NCBI GenBank assembly: GCA_965216325.1
Contig: OZ244160.1
Coordinates: forward strand, 1,440,001-1,504,000
Reading direction: 5' to 3'
Origin: Coraliomargarita sp.
GTDB lineage: Bacteria > Verrucomicrobiota > Verrucomicrobiia > Opitutales > Coraliomargaritaceae
DNA: 64,000 bases
In this document: in pieces, positions 43,372-53,578 of the stretch
Layout of the letters: each line of letters starts with the position of its first letter
How positions within the stretch are numbered: position 1 is the first letter of the stretch
Notes under the pieces: model-generated
Told to the model about the DNA's origin: nothing
Databases searched by the model: none
The model's input: only the letters and a program-made list of their open reading frames with translations
Position numbers and translations under genes: made by a program

Positions 43372-44457
43372 CTAACTCTCAGACTCTGCCTCTTCGGCGA
43401 CTGGCTCCTCTGATGCGGCATCCGCTTCGGGTGCTTCCTCCGCTTGGATCATTGGGTTCTTTTCCGGGCGCGGCAGCGTCTTCACCGAGAACTCCAACTC
43501 TTGATCACCACGACGCACTTTAACCGGTGTAAACTGATTCGCACGGGTAAAGAAAATTGCGCTCGGCACGTCCGAGACATCCGCGATTTCGCGACCCGCG
43601 ATCGCAAGCACTTGATCCCCAACCAGTAGACCCGCCTCGGCAGCGGGACCATCGTCCACTAGGCGCGATAGCGTCACGTAGTTCGCTCCGTCGAGTTCAA
43701 CATTGGCCTTCACCTCTAGGCCCATCCAACCGTGGATGATCTTACCCGCAAAAAGCAAGTCATCGCGCACGCGTGCAACCGCATCCGGCGGCAAGCAATA
43801 GGATCCATCCAGTTCTGCAATTGAGGCAACCGACATGCCAATGAAACGCCCATTAATGTCGAACATCGGGCAACCGCCCTGCCCACCATCGACCGAGATC
43901 GAAGTGCGGAGATAGCCAGTTGGAAAGACACGCGGCCCAAGTTTCTTATCATAGCCCGTCACCATCCCCATTGCTGGGCTCGGCTCGAAATCAAGTGGGC
44001 AGGTAATCGCCATCGCTATCGAGCCCAATTCGGGGAGCGGCGCAGACGTATCGATTGCAATAATATCAAAATCCTCCGGGAGCTCGACCACACGGAGCAC
44101 CGAAATGTTGGTCAGGCGATCGTGGCCAACCGATTCAGTCGCATACGGTTTGCCCTCATATTCCACCCAAACCCGATCCGCACCAGCCGCGCGGCTTGCA
44201 CTGACCAGGAGATGGCCTTCTTTGCTAATGAAAAAGCCCGTGCCCACCCGCAGCATGACATCCAACTTTTGTTCACCCTCAGCAGCAGGACGCGGATTCG
44301 GGTTTTTGTAAGCTGCCTTCACGCGCACAATCGCACCGCGATTTTGCTGAAAGACATCCACCATGCGCTGCTGCAATGCCAATGCATCTGCAGGAACCGC
44401 AAACGTAGCAGAGGCCGCCACTAAGGCAAGCCAAAGGAAGCACACTAACCGAAGCAT
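43372..44457 (-). CDS. HtrA/S1C-like protein with PDZ domain, catalytic triad absent
   Basis: GTGFFIS..GHLL, PDZ GWMGL..GPAAEAGL; triad positions read SASRA / TNISVL / GQGGCP. Confidence 0.85.
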   Translation of the reverse strand: MLRLVCFLWLALVAASATFAVPADALALQQRMVDVFQQNRGAIVRVKAAYKNPNPRPAAEGEQKLDVMLRVGTGFFISKEGHLLVSASRAAGADRVWVEYEGKPYATESVGHDRLTNISVLRVVELPEDFDIIAIDTSAPLPELGSIAMAITCPLDFEPSPAMGMVTGYDKKLGPRVFPTGYLRTSISVDGGQGGCPMFDINGRFIGMSVASIAELDGSYCLPPDAVARVRDDLLFAGKIIHGWMGLEVKANVELDGANYVTLSRLVDDGPAAEAGLLVGDQVLAIAGREIADVSDVPSAIFFTRANQFTPVKVRRGDQELEFSVKTLPRPEKNPMIQAEEAPEADAASEEPVAEEAESES

Positions 44458-44468
44458 CCGAACAACCT

Positions 44469-45026
44469 CTAGAATGCGAGACTCGCCATCGTGGCGGTGC
44501 TACGGAAAGAACTGGATGCCGCATCGTCTGCGGAATATGCAGAACGGTCAAAAGCCACGACTTCCATGCGATCATGCGCGAACTCATGGCGGTAGACATC
44601 CGCGGAGGTCGCTTCGCTAGCGGAGATGGAGTCGATGCTGTAATCCATTTGACCGACTGCAGCGACGACCGCTGAAGTCGTCTCAATCGGCTGAGGGAAC
44701 ACATCGACCAGTGCTGCCGGCACATTGGATGCAAGCTGATTCGGCGACTCCTGCTCAATGCCAACCATTGCCGGACGAACCACGACCATCACTGCAAGTG
44801 CGGCTGCAGCAGTGGCAACAGCTCCCGCCTGAGCAATGCGTCCGGTAAGGCCACGAAACACTTGAGTATACCATGGGTCCTTCTTCACCAAGGAGGACAA
44901 CATGCGCTGGTGCAATTCGCGATCGAATTGATTCCAAAATTGTTCGTCAGGACGCTCGGAGCGTTTGAGACGAAGGAGGTCTTCAACTTTAATTTCCGTT
45001 TCAGGAGTGTTTGGTTGAGCAGCCAT
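44469..45026 (-). CDS. Probable anti-sigma factor (single TM)
   Basis: Directly downstream of ECF sigma; cytoplasmic N-terminus, one TM, periplasmic tail. Confidence 0.6.
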   Translation of the reverse strand: MAAQPNTPETEIKVEDLLRLKRSERPDEQFWNQFDRELHQRMLSSLVKKDPWYTQVFRGLTGRIAQAGAVATAAAALAVMVVVRPAMVGIEQESPNQLASNVPAALVDVFPQPIETTSAVVAAVGQMDYSIDSISASEATSADVYRHEFAHDRMEVVAFDRSAYSADDAASSSFRSTATMASLAF

Positions 45027-45063
45027 AAAATTTTTTGAGCGGTCGTGTAGGGTCACGATCATG

Positions 45064-45080
45064 CGCAATCCATGCGCCAG
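45064..45080 (-). promoter_or_regulatory. Sigma54-type -24/-12 promoter inside ECF operon
   Basis: Minus strand CTGGCGCATGGATTGCG, TGGC...TTGC with GG-N10-GC. Confidence 0.7.
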
Positions 45081-45090
45081 AATAAGTCAG

Positions 45091-45738
45091 TTAGTGTATA
45101 TAGTCCTGTAAATAGGACTGAAGTTGTTGTTTTGCATAGTGGAGTCTGGAGCGCACGGTGCCCACGGAAGTTTTGGTAATTTCCGCGATCTCAGCGTGCT
45201 CAAGACCTTCAATTTCATGTAAAATAACGACTGTGCGATGTTTAGGAGACAATCTTTGCAGCGATTCGTTCAATTTTTCCTGCAATTCTTGCACAATTGC
45301 GCCCTTTTCACTGCGATTTTTTGCGGTGAGCTTCTCGACGATCTCCGAAGAATGAGCCTCTTCGTTGATATTTTCGTAGTTAATAAAGCGGCGACGACCC
45401 CGCTTCTTGAGGAAAGTCATCGTTGTATTGATCGCGATGCGATACAGCCAAGTGAAGAAAGCGGACTTCCCCTGAAAACGGCCAATCGCCTGAAAGGCCT
45501 TGATAAAGGCGTCCTGCGTCAGATCCGAGGCATCCTCGCGGTTACTGGTCATATTGTAGATGACCGAGAAGATTTGCTCACGATACTTCTGCACCAATTG
45601 ATCAAAGGCACCGACATTGCCGGCCTGCACCTGTTGCACAATTGCCCAGTCCAAGTCGCGTTGAGACGACGATGGAGCGCCTTCCGCCGAAGCGAAAGTC
45701 TTGGTGACTGAGCTTGTTGTTGCCATTAAGATACTCAA
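45091..45738 (-). CDS. ECF RNA polymerase sigma factor (RpoE-like)
   Basis: DLTQDAFIKAF, FFTWLYRIAIN, EIAEI...GTVRSRLH. Confidence 0.93.
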   Translation of the reverse strand: MSILMATTSSVTKTFASAEGAPSSSQRDLDWAIVQQVQAGNVGAFDQLVQKYREQIFSVIYNMTSNREDASDLTQDAFIKAFQAIGRFQGKSAFFTWLYRIAINTTMTFLKKRGRRRFINYENINEEAHSSEIVEKLTAKNRSEKGAIVQELQEKLNESLQRLSPKHRTVVILHEIEGLEHAEIAEITKTSVGTVRSRLHYAKQQLQSYLQDYIH

Positions 45739-45782
45739 ATAAAAGCAATTAGCACCAAAAATGCAAGAACGCTCGGCAGAAC

Positions 45783-45814
45783 AAAACAGGGCGCACCCAC
45801 TCGGATGCGCCCTG
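45783..45814 (-). terminator. Rho-independent terminator of galE
   Basis: Minus strand CAGGGCGCATCC...GGGTGCGCCCTG + TTTT. Confidence 0.75.
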
Positions 45815-45841
45815 CTGCAAATTGTATATTACCCCGGCAAT

Positions 45842-46837
45842 TTAACCGCGATCGTCATAACCCTTCGGATGTGACTCATGCCACTTCCAGGCGGTCGCGA
45901 TAATATCTTTAACGTCCGTGTATTGGATCTCCCAACCAAGCTCTTCCTGAGCCTTACGTGAGTCCGCATACAACGCAGGAGGGTCCCCCTCACGGCGCTC
46001 ATCCTCAACCACCGGAACCTTGAGGCCGGTCACTTCCTCGACTGCGGTGATGATTTCACGCACTGAATTCGGCGTGCCGGTTCCAAGATTGTAGAAGTAT
46101 TGGGCACCCGGCTCGGCGAGCTTGTCAAACACCGCGATGTGCGCGCGCGACAAGTCATCCACGTGGATGTAGTCACGTAGGCAAGTGCCGTCCGGTGTTG
46201 GATAGTCCGTGCCGAAGATCTTGATGTTATCCCGACGACCGGTGGCCGCATCGATCACCAATGGAATTAGGTGCGACTCAGGCGTGTGGTCTTCACCGAT
46301 AGTGCCATCTTCGGCTGCACCCGAAGCATTGAAGTAGCGGAATGCCGCGAAACTGAGACCATAGGCGTGCGCAAAGGCCTTGAGCATGTTCTCGACGTCC
46401 AGCTTAGTCTGGCCGTAAGGATTAATCGGTGCCTGTGGCAAATCCTCAACCAAGGGCAAGCTTTCCGGCACACCGAAGGTCGCGCAGGTCGAGGAAAACA
46501 CGAATTTCTTTACCCCATTCTCCAGCATCGCCTCCAACAGGCGTAGCGGCGCAACCAAGTTGTTATCGTAATACTTAATCGGTTCGGTAACCGACTCTCC
46601 CACATTAATGTAGGCGGCAAAATGCATCACCAAGTCGATCGACTCTTTGCGCAACACTTCGCCAACTGCAGCTTTGTCTCCTAGGTCACACTCGTAGAAT
46701 GCCACATCCTCGCTGACTGCTTTGCGATGCCCATAGACCAAGTTGTCTAAAACAACAGGTCGGTGCCCCGCAGCCTGCAGCTGACGGACGCAGTGACTAC
46801 CAATATAACCGGCTCCTCCAACGACTAATACGTTCAT
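45842..46837 (-). CDS. galE: UDP-glucose 4-epimerase
   Basis: GGAGYIGSH, YGQTK, FRYFNASGA, DGTCLRDYIHV. Confidence 0.96.
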   Translation of the reverse strand: MNVLVVGGAGYIGSHCVRQLQAAGHRPVVLDNLVYGHRKAVSEDVAFYECDLGDKAAVGEVLRKESIDLVMHFAAYINVGESVTEPIKYYDNNLVAPLRLLEAMLENGVKKFVFSSTCATFGVPESLPLVEDLPQAPINPYGQTKLDVENMLKAFAHAYGLSFAAFRYFNASGAAEDGTIGEDHTPESHLIPLVIDAATGRRDNIKIFGTDYPTPDGTCLRDYIHVDDLSRAHIAVFDKLAEPGAQYFYNLGTGTPNSVREIITAVEEVTGLKVPVVEDERREGDPPALYADSRKAQEELGWEIQYTDVKDIIATAWKWHESHPKGYDDRG

Positions 46838-46985
46838 GGCGCAGGATAGAAAGCCTCCAGACTAGAGCTGTCGAAGCCAAAGTACTACGTGTTTACGGGA
46901 TGATCGATCTGCATTTGCGAATTAGCGAAACTTTTCCACTATTGACAGCCCCATATTAAAAGATGGTAACAATCTCCCCTTATCC

Positions 46986-48221
<1,236 letters not shown>

Positions 48222-48253
48222 GCCCCGATACACACTGCACACCTTTTAACATC

Positions 48254-48505
<252 letters not shown>

Positions 48506-48527
48506 GTCGAACTACAGAATCACTTTT

Positions 48528-48557
48528 TAAGTCGAGGTCGCAAGGCCTCGGCTTTTT
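48528..48557 (+). terminator. Hairpin terminator after acp
   Basis: AAGTCGAGGTC-GCAA-GGCCTCGGCTT + T-run. Confidence 0.65.
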
Positions 48558-48568
48558 AGTAGGCAAAC

Positions 48569-50002
48569 ATGAGCACCCGTCCCTCCCTCGACCAGCAACA
48601 CTTCGAAACCGTCATCATTGGCGCCGGCATGGCTGGTATGGCCGCAGGCATTCGCCTCGCACTGGCAGGCAAGCATGTCATCATCCTCGAGCGCCACAAC
48701 GCAGGCGGCGGACTCAACTCCTTCTACAGCATCGACGGCCGCAAATATGACGTCGGGCTGCACGCAATGACCAACTATGTGCCCAAGGGCACCAAAGGCA
48801 CGCCGCTCGCCAAGCTGCTACGCCAACTCCGCATCCCCTACGATGCGCTCGACCTCTGCCCGCAGTTCGGCTCACGTATCGCCTTCCCCGGCTGCGATCT
48901 GAAATTCAGCAACGACTTTGCTCTGCTCGAATCCGAAGTCGCCCGCGCCTTCCCGAAACAGATCGACGGCTTCCGCGCTCTAGCGCAAGAAGTGCGCACG
49001 CTCGACGCCTTCAACCTTGGCGCAATCCCAACTTCTGCACGTGCAGCCGTGCAACGTCACATCAGTGATCCACTTCTAGAAGACATGCTGTTCTGCCCGG
49101 TCATGTATTACGGCAGCGCCGAAGAGCACGACATGGACTACGGCCAATTCGCCATCATGTTCCGCTCGCTCTTCTTCGAAGGCTTCGCACGCCCATTCGA
49201 CGGCGTGCGCGTGATTATTCGCTTGCTACAGAACAAATATCGCGAGCTCGGCGGTGTCCGCAAAATGAAATGCGGCATCCAGAAGATCAACACCGAGGGC
49301 ACCCGCGCGACCTCCATTACATTGGACGACGGCTCTGTGATCACCGCCGATAAAATCATTTCCACTGCGGGTGCCGTCGAAACCGATCGCCTCTGCGCTG
49401 ACCAGCCAGCCGACGCGTCTGCAGAAAACATCGGTCAGCTCAGTTTCACCGAGACCATCACCGTGCTCGACAATCAGCCTGCCGACTTCGGCTGGGACGA
49501 CACCATCATCTTTTTCAACACCCGCGAGCGCTTTCACTACGCCCGCGTCGACGAAGGACTCGTCGATCCGACGAGCGGAGTCATCTGTTTTCCCAACAAC
49601 TACGACTACGGGGACGGCCGTCAGCTCGACGAAGGCTTCCTGCGCATCACAGCGATGGCCAACCACGACAACTGGTGCGCGCTCAACGAGGACGACTATC
49701 TCACGCAAAAAGAGCACTGGTATGGCGAGCTGCAGAAGGTTGCACTCAGCGTTTTACCCGACAGTCCGCTCTCGCTCGACGATCACCGCATCGCCAAGGA
49801 TATGTTCACCCCCCGCACCGTGCGCAAGTTCACTGGCCACCTGAACGGCGCGATCTACGGCGCACCGAACAAGATCAAGGACGGCCGCACCCATCTGGAC
49901 AACCTCTACCTAGCCGGCACGGACCAAGGCTTCCTCGGCATCGTCGGCGCCATGCTCAGCGGCATCTCCATGGCCAACCTGCACGTACTGCAAGGCAGCT
50001 AG
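48569..50002 (+). CDS. Phytoene-desaturase-like FAD oxidoreductase
   Basis: IIGAGMAG..ILERH..GG, YDVGLH, FTPRT..FTG..NGAIYG, LGIVGAMLSG. Confidence 0.85.
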   Translation: MSTRPSLDQQHFETVIIGAGMAGMAAGIRLALAGKHVIILERHNAGGGLNSFYSIDGRKYDVGLHAMTNYVPKGTKGTPLAKLLRQLRIPYDALDLCPQFGSRIAFPGCDLKFSNDFALLESEVARAFPKQIDGFRALAQEVRTLDAFNLGAIPTSARAAVQRHISDPLLEDMLFCPVMYYGSAEEHDMDYGQFAIMFRSLFFEGFARPFDGVRVIIRLLQNKYRELGGVRKMKCGIQKINTEGTRATSITLDDGSVITADKIISTAGAVETDRLCADQPADASAENIGQLSFTETITVLDNQPADFGWDDTIIFFNTRERFHYARVDEGLVDPTSGVICFPNNYDYGDGRQLDEGFLRITAMANHDNWCALNEDDYLTQKEHWYGELQKVALSVLPDSPLSLDDHRIAKDMFTPRTVRKFTGHLNGAIYGAPNKIKDGRTHLDNLYLAGTDQGFLGIVGAMLSGISMANLHVLQGS

Positions 50003-50007
50003 CGAAG

Positions 50008-50101
50008 ATAGCGCGCCGCTTCAGCCAGCGCTCATCAGAGCAGGAGCCAGCAGATTTCTAGGCTTACAACGCTAAGAGCGCTTGCTAAAGCGGCGCGCTA
50101 C
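50008..50101. repeat. REP doublet (family C) at RAYT 3' end
   Basis: TAGCGCGCCGCTTCAGCCAGCGCTC...GAGCGCTTGCTAAAGCGGCGCGCTAC. Confidence 0.88.
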
Positions 50102-50718
50102 GACTCATCATCCGTCGTCAAACAACTCATTCGCCACGGATAGTCCGCCCAAGTTCGAACAAGCTTTGCTTTGACCGGATTCTCTCGGATGTAACAAATG
50201 GTTCTGTTGAGTTCGCCCTGGTTACGCATCCATCGATCAAACCAATCTTCCTGCCAGAAGCGCCCTTGTCGGCTCAGCTACAAATTCAAAACACGTCCCG
50301 AGCGCCCTTTGAATGATTTCAATAGCTGCTTCATCGAAAGCGAACGATCCGTGGCTTTAATCAACAGATGAATGTGATTGGGCAGAATCACCGCCTCCCC
50401 AACAGTCCATCCATCCTCATCGATGCGCTCGATTAAAGTCATCAGCAAAGCACAGCATTCACCGTCATTAAAAGGCGCAAAGCCGAAGCCTTGATCCAGA
50501 TACTTTTCAGCAGTCAGAAAGTATTGGCGTTGTAACTGATCAAAGGCCTCACTGCTCGCAGGAGTCGACTTGAGCGCCCCATGGATCTCGCGTATTTTCT
50601 GTTGCGCAGACAACGGCAGCGAGCCTTGACAACGAATGGTCACAAAATGCCAGTGATCTCGAACTTCCCAGTGCGGCAGGCGTGAACGCCAACGCTGCTT
50701 GGTCTGCAACAAATCCAT
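50098..50718 (-). pseudogene. REP-associated tyrosine transposase (RAYT/TnpA-REP) with in-frame TAG
   Basis: RLPHW, HFVTIR, HUH motif PNHIHLL; TAG at 50278-50280, then same frame continues FWQEDWFDR...YIRENPVKA...W..YPW. Confidence 0.87.
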
Positions 50719-50799
50719 GATCCACAACGCAACTCTGACTTAGTCAAAAAGCAAACGCTCTGAACAACAACTTCAATATCTACAGGCGTATCCGCAGTC

Positions 50800-50891
50800 G
50801 TAGCGTGCAGCTTTAGCAAACGCTCCCCGATCCAACGCAACACCACTGTTAGCTTACAACACGGAGAGCGCTTGCTAAAGCGGCGCGCTAC
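50800..50891. repeat. REP doublet (family C) at RAYT 5' end
   Basis: GTAGCGTGCAGCTTTAGCAAACGCTC...GAGCGCTTGCTAAAGCGGCGCGCTAC. Confidence 0.9.
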
Positions 50892-50896
50892 GGCCA

Positions 50897-53557
50897 CTAA
50901 CACTCCAAACTATCCAGGATCTCCGAGATCAAAGCCGTCCAACCGGTTTGGTGACTCGCCCCGATGCCTCGTCCGGTGTCGGCATGAAAGTATTCATAGA
51001 AGAGCACAAGATCTTTGAAGTGCGGGTCCTCTTGATACTTCTGGTCGCCATCGTAGACTGCGCGCGCTCCGGACTCATCGCGGGTGAACAGGCAAGCGAT
51101 GCGGCCCTCAATGTGTTGCGCGATCTCTAATAAATTCATCTGATTGCCCGATCCCACAGGGCACTCCATCTTGAAGCTGTCGCCATAGAAATAATGGTAT
51201 TTCTCCAACGACTCCAAGAAGAGATAATTCAATGGCAACCAAATCGGACCACGCCAATTAGAGTTGCCACCAAACAACCATGAGTCGGACTCGCCCGCGG
51301 TGTAGTGCACCTGATGATCCGTACCATCGAGATGCAGATTGAATGGATGCTCCTTGTGGTGTTTCGACAACGAACGAATTCCATACGGAGACAAGAACTC
51401 GTCCTCATCCAACACATAACGCAGCACACGCTCCAAACGTTCACGCGATGGGATCGCCAGCAGATGCTTGCGCGTATCCGTTTCCAAACAATCGTAGAAA
51501 CTAATCTGGTCGCGCAAATCCTCACGATGCTCAAGGAACCAGCGCGCACGCTTCTGAAAGCCAGGAAGTCGCTGGATCACTCTATGATCGATCACCTCGA
51601 CAGCCATCAACGGGATTAGGCCCACCAAGGATCGAATCCGAATCGGGATATCCATGCCATCTACTTTAAGTAAGTCGTTATAGAAACCATCTTCTTCATT
51701 CCACAAGCCACTGCCACCCACCGTGTTCATCGCATCGGCAATGTTCATGAAGTGCTCGAAGAATTTTGAGGCGAGCGCATCATAGGAATCGTCCTCACTT
51801 GCCAACTCCAAAGCCATACTCAGCATGGTTGAACAATAAAACGCCATCCACGCCGTGCCATCGGCTTGCTGTAAGTGCGCACCACTCGGCAATTCCTCAG
51901 AGCGGTCAAAGGCACCGATATTATCCAGACCAAGGAAGCCTCCCGAGAAAAGGTTCTTGCCCGACTCGTCCTTGCGATTCACCCACCAAGTAAAATTGAT
52001 CAACAACTTCAGAAAGGCGTGCTTAAGAAACTTGGTATCCCGCTTACCTTTGGCGCCCGTCATCTTATAGACCCGCCAAACCGCCCAAGCATGCACAGGC
52101 GGATTCACGTCTCCAAAATTCCATTCATAGGCAGGGATCTGCCCGTTGGGATGCATATACCACTCGCGTAAAAACAAGGTCAGCTGATGCTTCGCAAACT
52201 CGGGGTCGATCCGGCAGAACGGGATCATGTGAAAGGCCAAATCCCACGCCGCAAACCATGGATACTCCCACTTATCAGGCATGCTAATCACATCCCGTGC
52301 GAAAAAATGCTTCCACTCAGAATTGCGCCCCTCCAAGCGTTGCTCGGGCGGCGCGATCTGCCCCGAATCGCCCTTCAACCAGTCATTCACTGAGTAATGG
52401 AAAAACTGCTTGGTCCACAGCAACCCGGCATAAGCCTGCCGCTCAATATTGCGGCGATCCGGACACTCCTTCTTTGGCCCGAGTTGCTCATAAAACGTAT
52501 CCGTTTCTCGGATACGTTTTCTAAAAATCGCATTAAACTCTTTGCCAAACGGCAGCCCTGGCCGCTCATCCTTGGAGGCCAAGCGACAACGAATTTCAAC
52601 CGATCCGCCAGCGGGAACCTCAAAGCGATAATGCACAGCCGCCTTGGTGCCCAACTGCTGTGGATTCACCGCATCCGACTCCCCTTTCACCACACAGCGA
52701 TGGAATCCGTCCTTCACATACGGCGTGCAGGAATCATGCCCCCACAGCGCCCGAGTATTGGTTTCGTTCTCCGTAAACAACCACTGACCTTCGACATCCG
52801 CTTCCGCCCAGAAATAAAACTGCCCCAGACTACTGTGTTCCAGCAGCACCGAGCCATCCTCCTGTAAGCACATCGACGGCTTCAGTGTGCAGCCCTCATG
52901 TTCGCAGCCCCACGCCCAGGTGTTACGATACCAAATCGTTGGCAAAACATGCAGTTCCGCAGCATCAGGTCCACGATTGTGGATGCGCATGCGAATCAAT
53001 AAGTCATTCGGGCTTTGCTTCGCATACTCGACTTCGCAGTCGAAATAACGCCCGTCGTCAAACACATCCGTATCATCGATCTCAAACTCAGCATCGTGCA
53101 GTCCACGCGCTCTCGAACCTGCACGCAGCGCCTCGTACGGATAGGCTGCTTGGGGATATTTGTAGAGCCCCTTCGCATAGGCATGCGTCGGCAGCGAATC
53201 CAAATAGTAGTAGAGCTCTTTGACGTCCTCCCCGTGATTCCCCTCGGGCCCGGTCAGTCCGAATAAACGCTCTTTCAGGTGCGGGTCGTTGCCATTCCAC
53301 AGTGCTGGCGCAAAGCAGAGACGGCATTCACGATCCGTAAAGCCCATCAAGCCATCCTCCCCCCACCGATAGGCGCGCGAAATGGAATGCTCATAGGGAA
53401 ACGATGCCCAGGCATTACCATCCTCCGAGTAGTCCTCACGAACTGTGCCCCACTGACGCTCCGATAGATACGGCCCCCAGCGCTGCCAATTCATAATGTG
53501 CTCCGCTGACTCCTTGAGTCGGACATTCTCCGGGTGCTTGGGGTTGGGCTTATACAT
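50897..53557 (-). CDS. GH63/MGH1-like glycoside hydrolase
   Basis: WGPYLSERQWGTVREDYS, PDKWEYPWFAAWDLAFH, WRGPIW, EYFH..TGRGIGASHQTGWT. Confidence 0.88.
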   Translation of the reverse strand: MYKPNPKHPENVRLKESAEHIMNWQRWGPYLSERQWGTVREDYSEDGNAWASFPYEHSISRAYRWGEDGLMGFTDRECRLCFAPALWNGNDPHLKERLFGLTGPEGNHGEDVKELYYYLDSLPTHAYAKGLYKYPQAAYPYEALRAGSRARGLHDAEFEIDDTDVFDDGRYFDCEVEYAKQSPNDLLIRMRIHNRGPDAAELHVLPTIWYRNTWAWGCEHEGCTLKPSMCLQEDGSVLLEHSSLGQFYFWAEADVEGQWLFTENETNTRALWGHDSCTPYVKDGFHRCVVKGESDAVNPQQLGTKAAVHYRFEVPAGGSVEIRCRLASKDERPGLPFGKEFNAIFRKRIRETDTFYEQLGPKKECPDRRNIERQAYAGLLWTKQFFHYSVNDWLKGDSGQIAPPEQRLEGRNSEWKHFFARDVISMPDKWEYPWFAAWDLAFHMIPFCRIDPEFAKHQLTLFLREWYMHPNGQIPAYEWNFGDVNPPVHAWAVWRVYKMTGAKGKRDTKFLKHAFLKLLINFTWWVNRKDESGKNLFSGGFLGLDNIGAFDRSEELPSGAHLQQADGTAWMAFYCSTMLSMALELASEDDSYDALASKFFEHFMNIADAMNTVGGSGLWNEEDGFYNDLLKVDGMDIPIRIRSLVGLIPLMAVEVIDHRVIQRLPGFQKRARWFLEHREDLRDQISFYDCLETDTRKHLLAIPSRERLERVLRYVLDEDEFLSPYGIRSLSKHHKEHPFNLHLDGTDHQVHYTAGESDSWLFGGNSNWRGPIWLPLNYLFLESLEKYHYFYGDSFKMECPVGSGNQMNLLEIAQHIEGRIACLFTRDESGARAVYDGDQKYQEDPHFKDLVLFYEYFHADTGRGIGASHQTGWTALISEILDSLEC

Positions 53558-53578
53558 AAGGTCTCATAGTACTCAGCA

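Noticed and set aside
50278..50280. Pyrrolysine or amber recoding in RAYT
   Set aside because: TAG is a normal stop for many genes here and no pyl genes are visible; a nonsense mutation is simpler.
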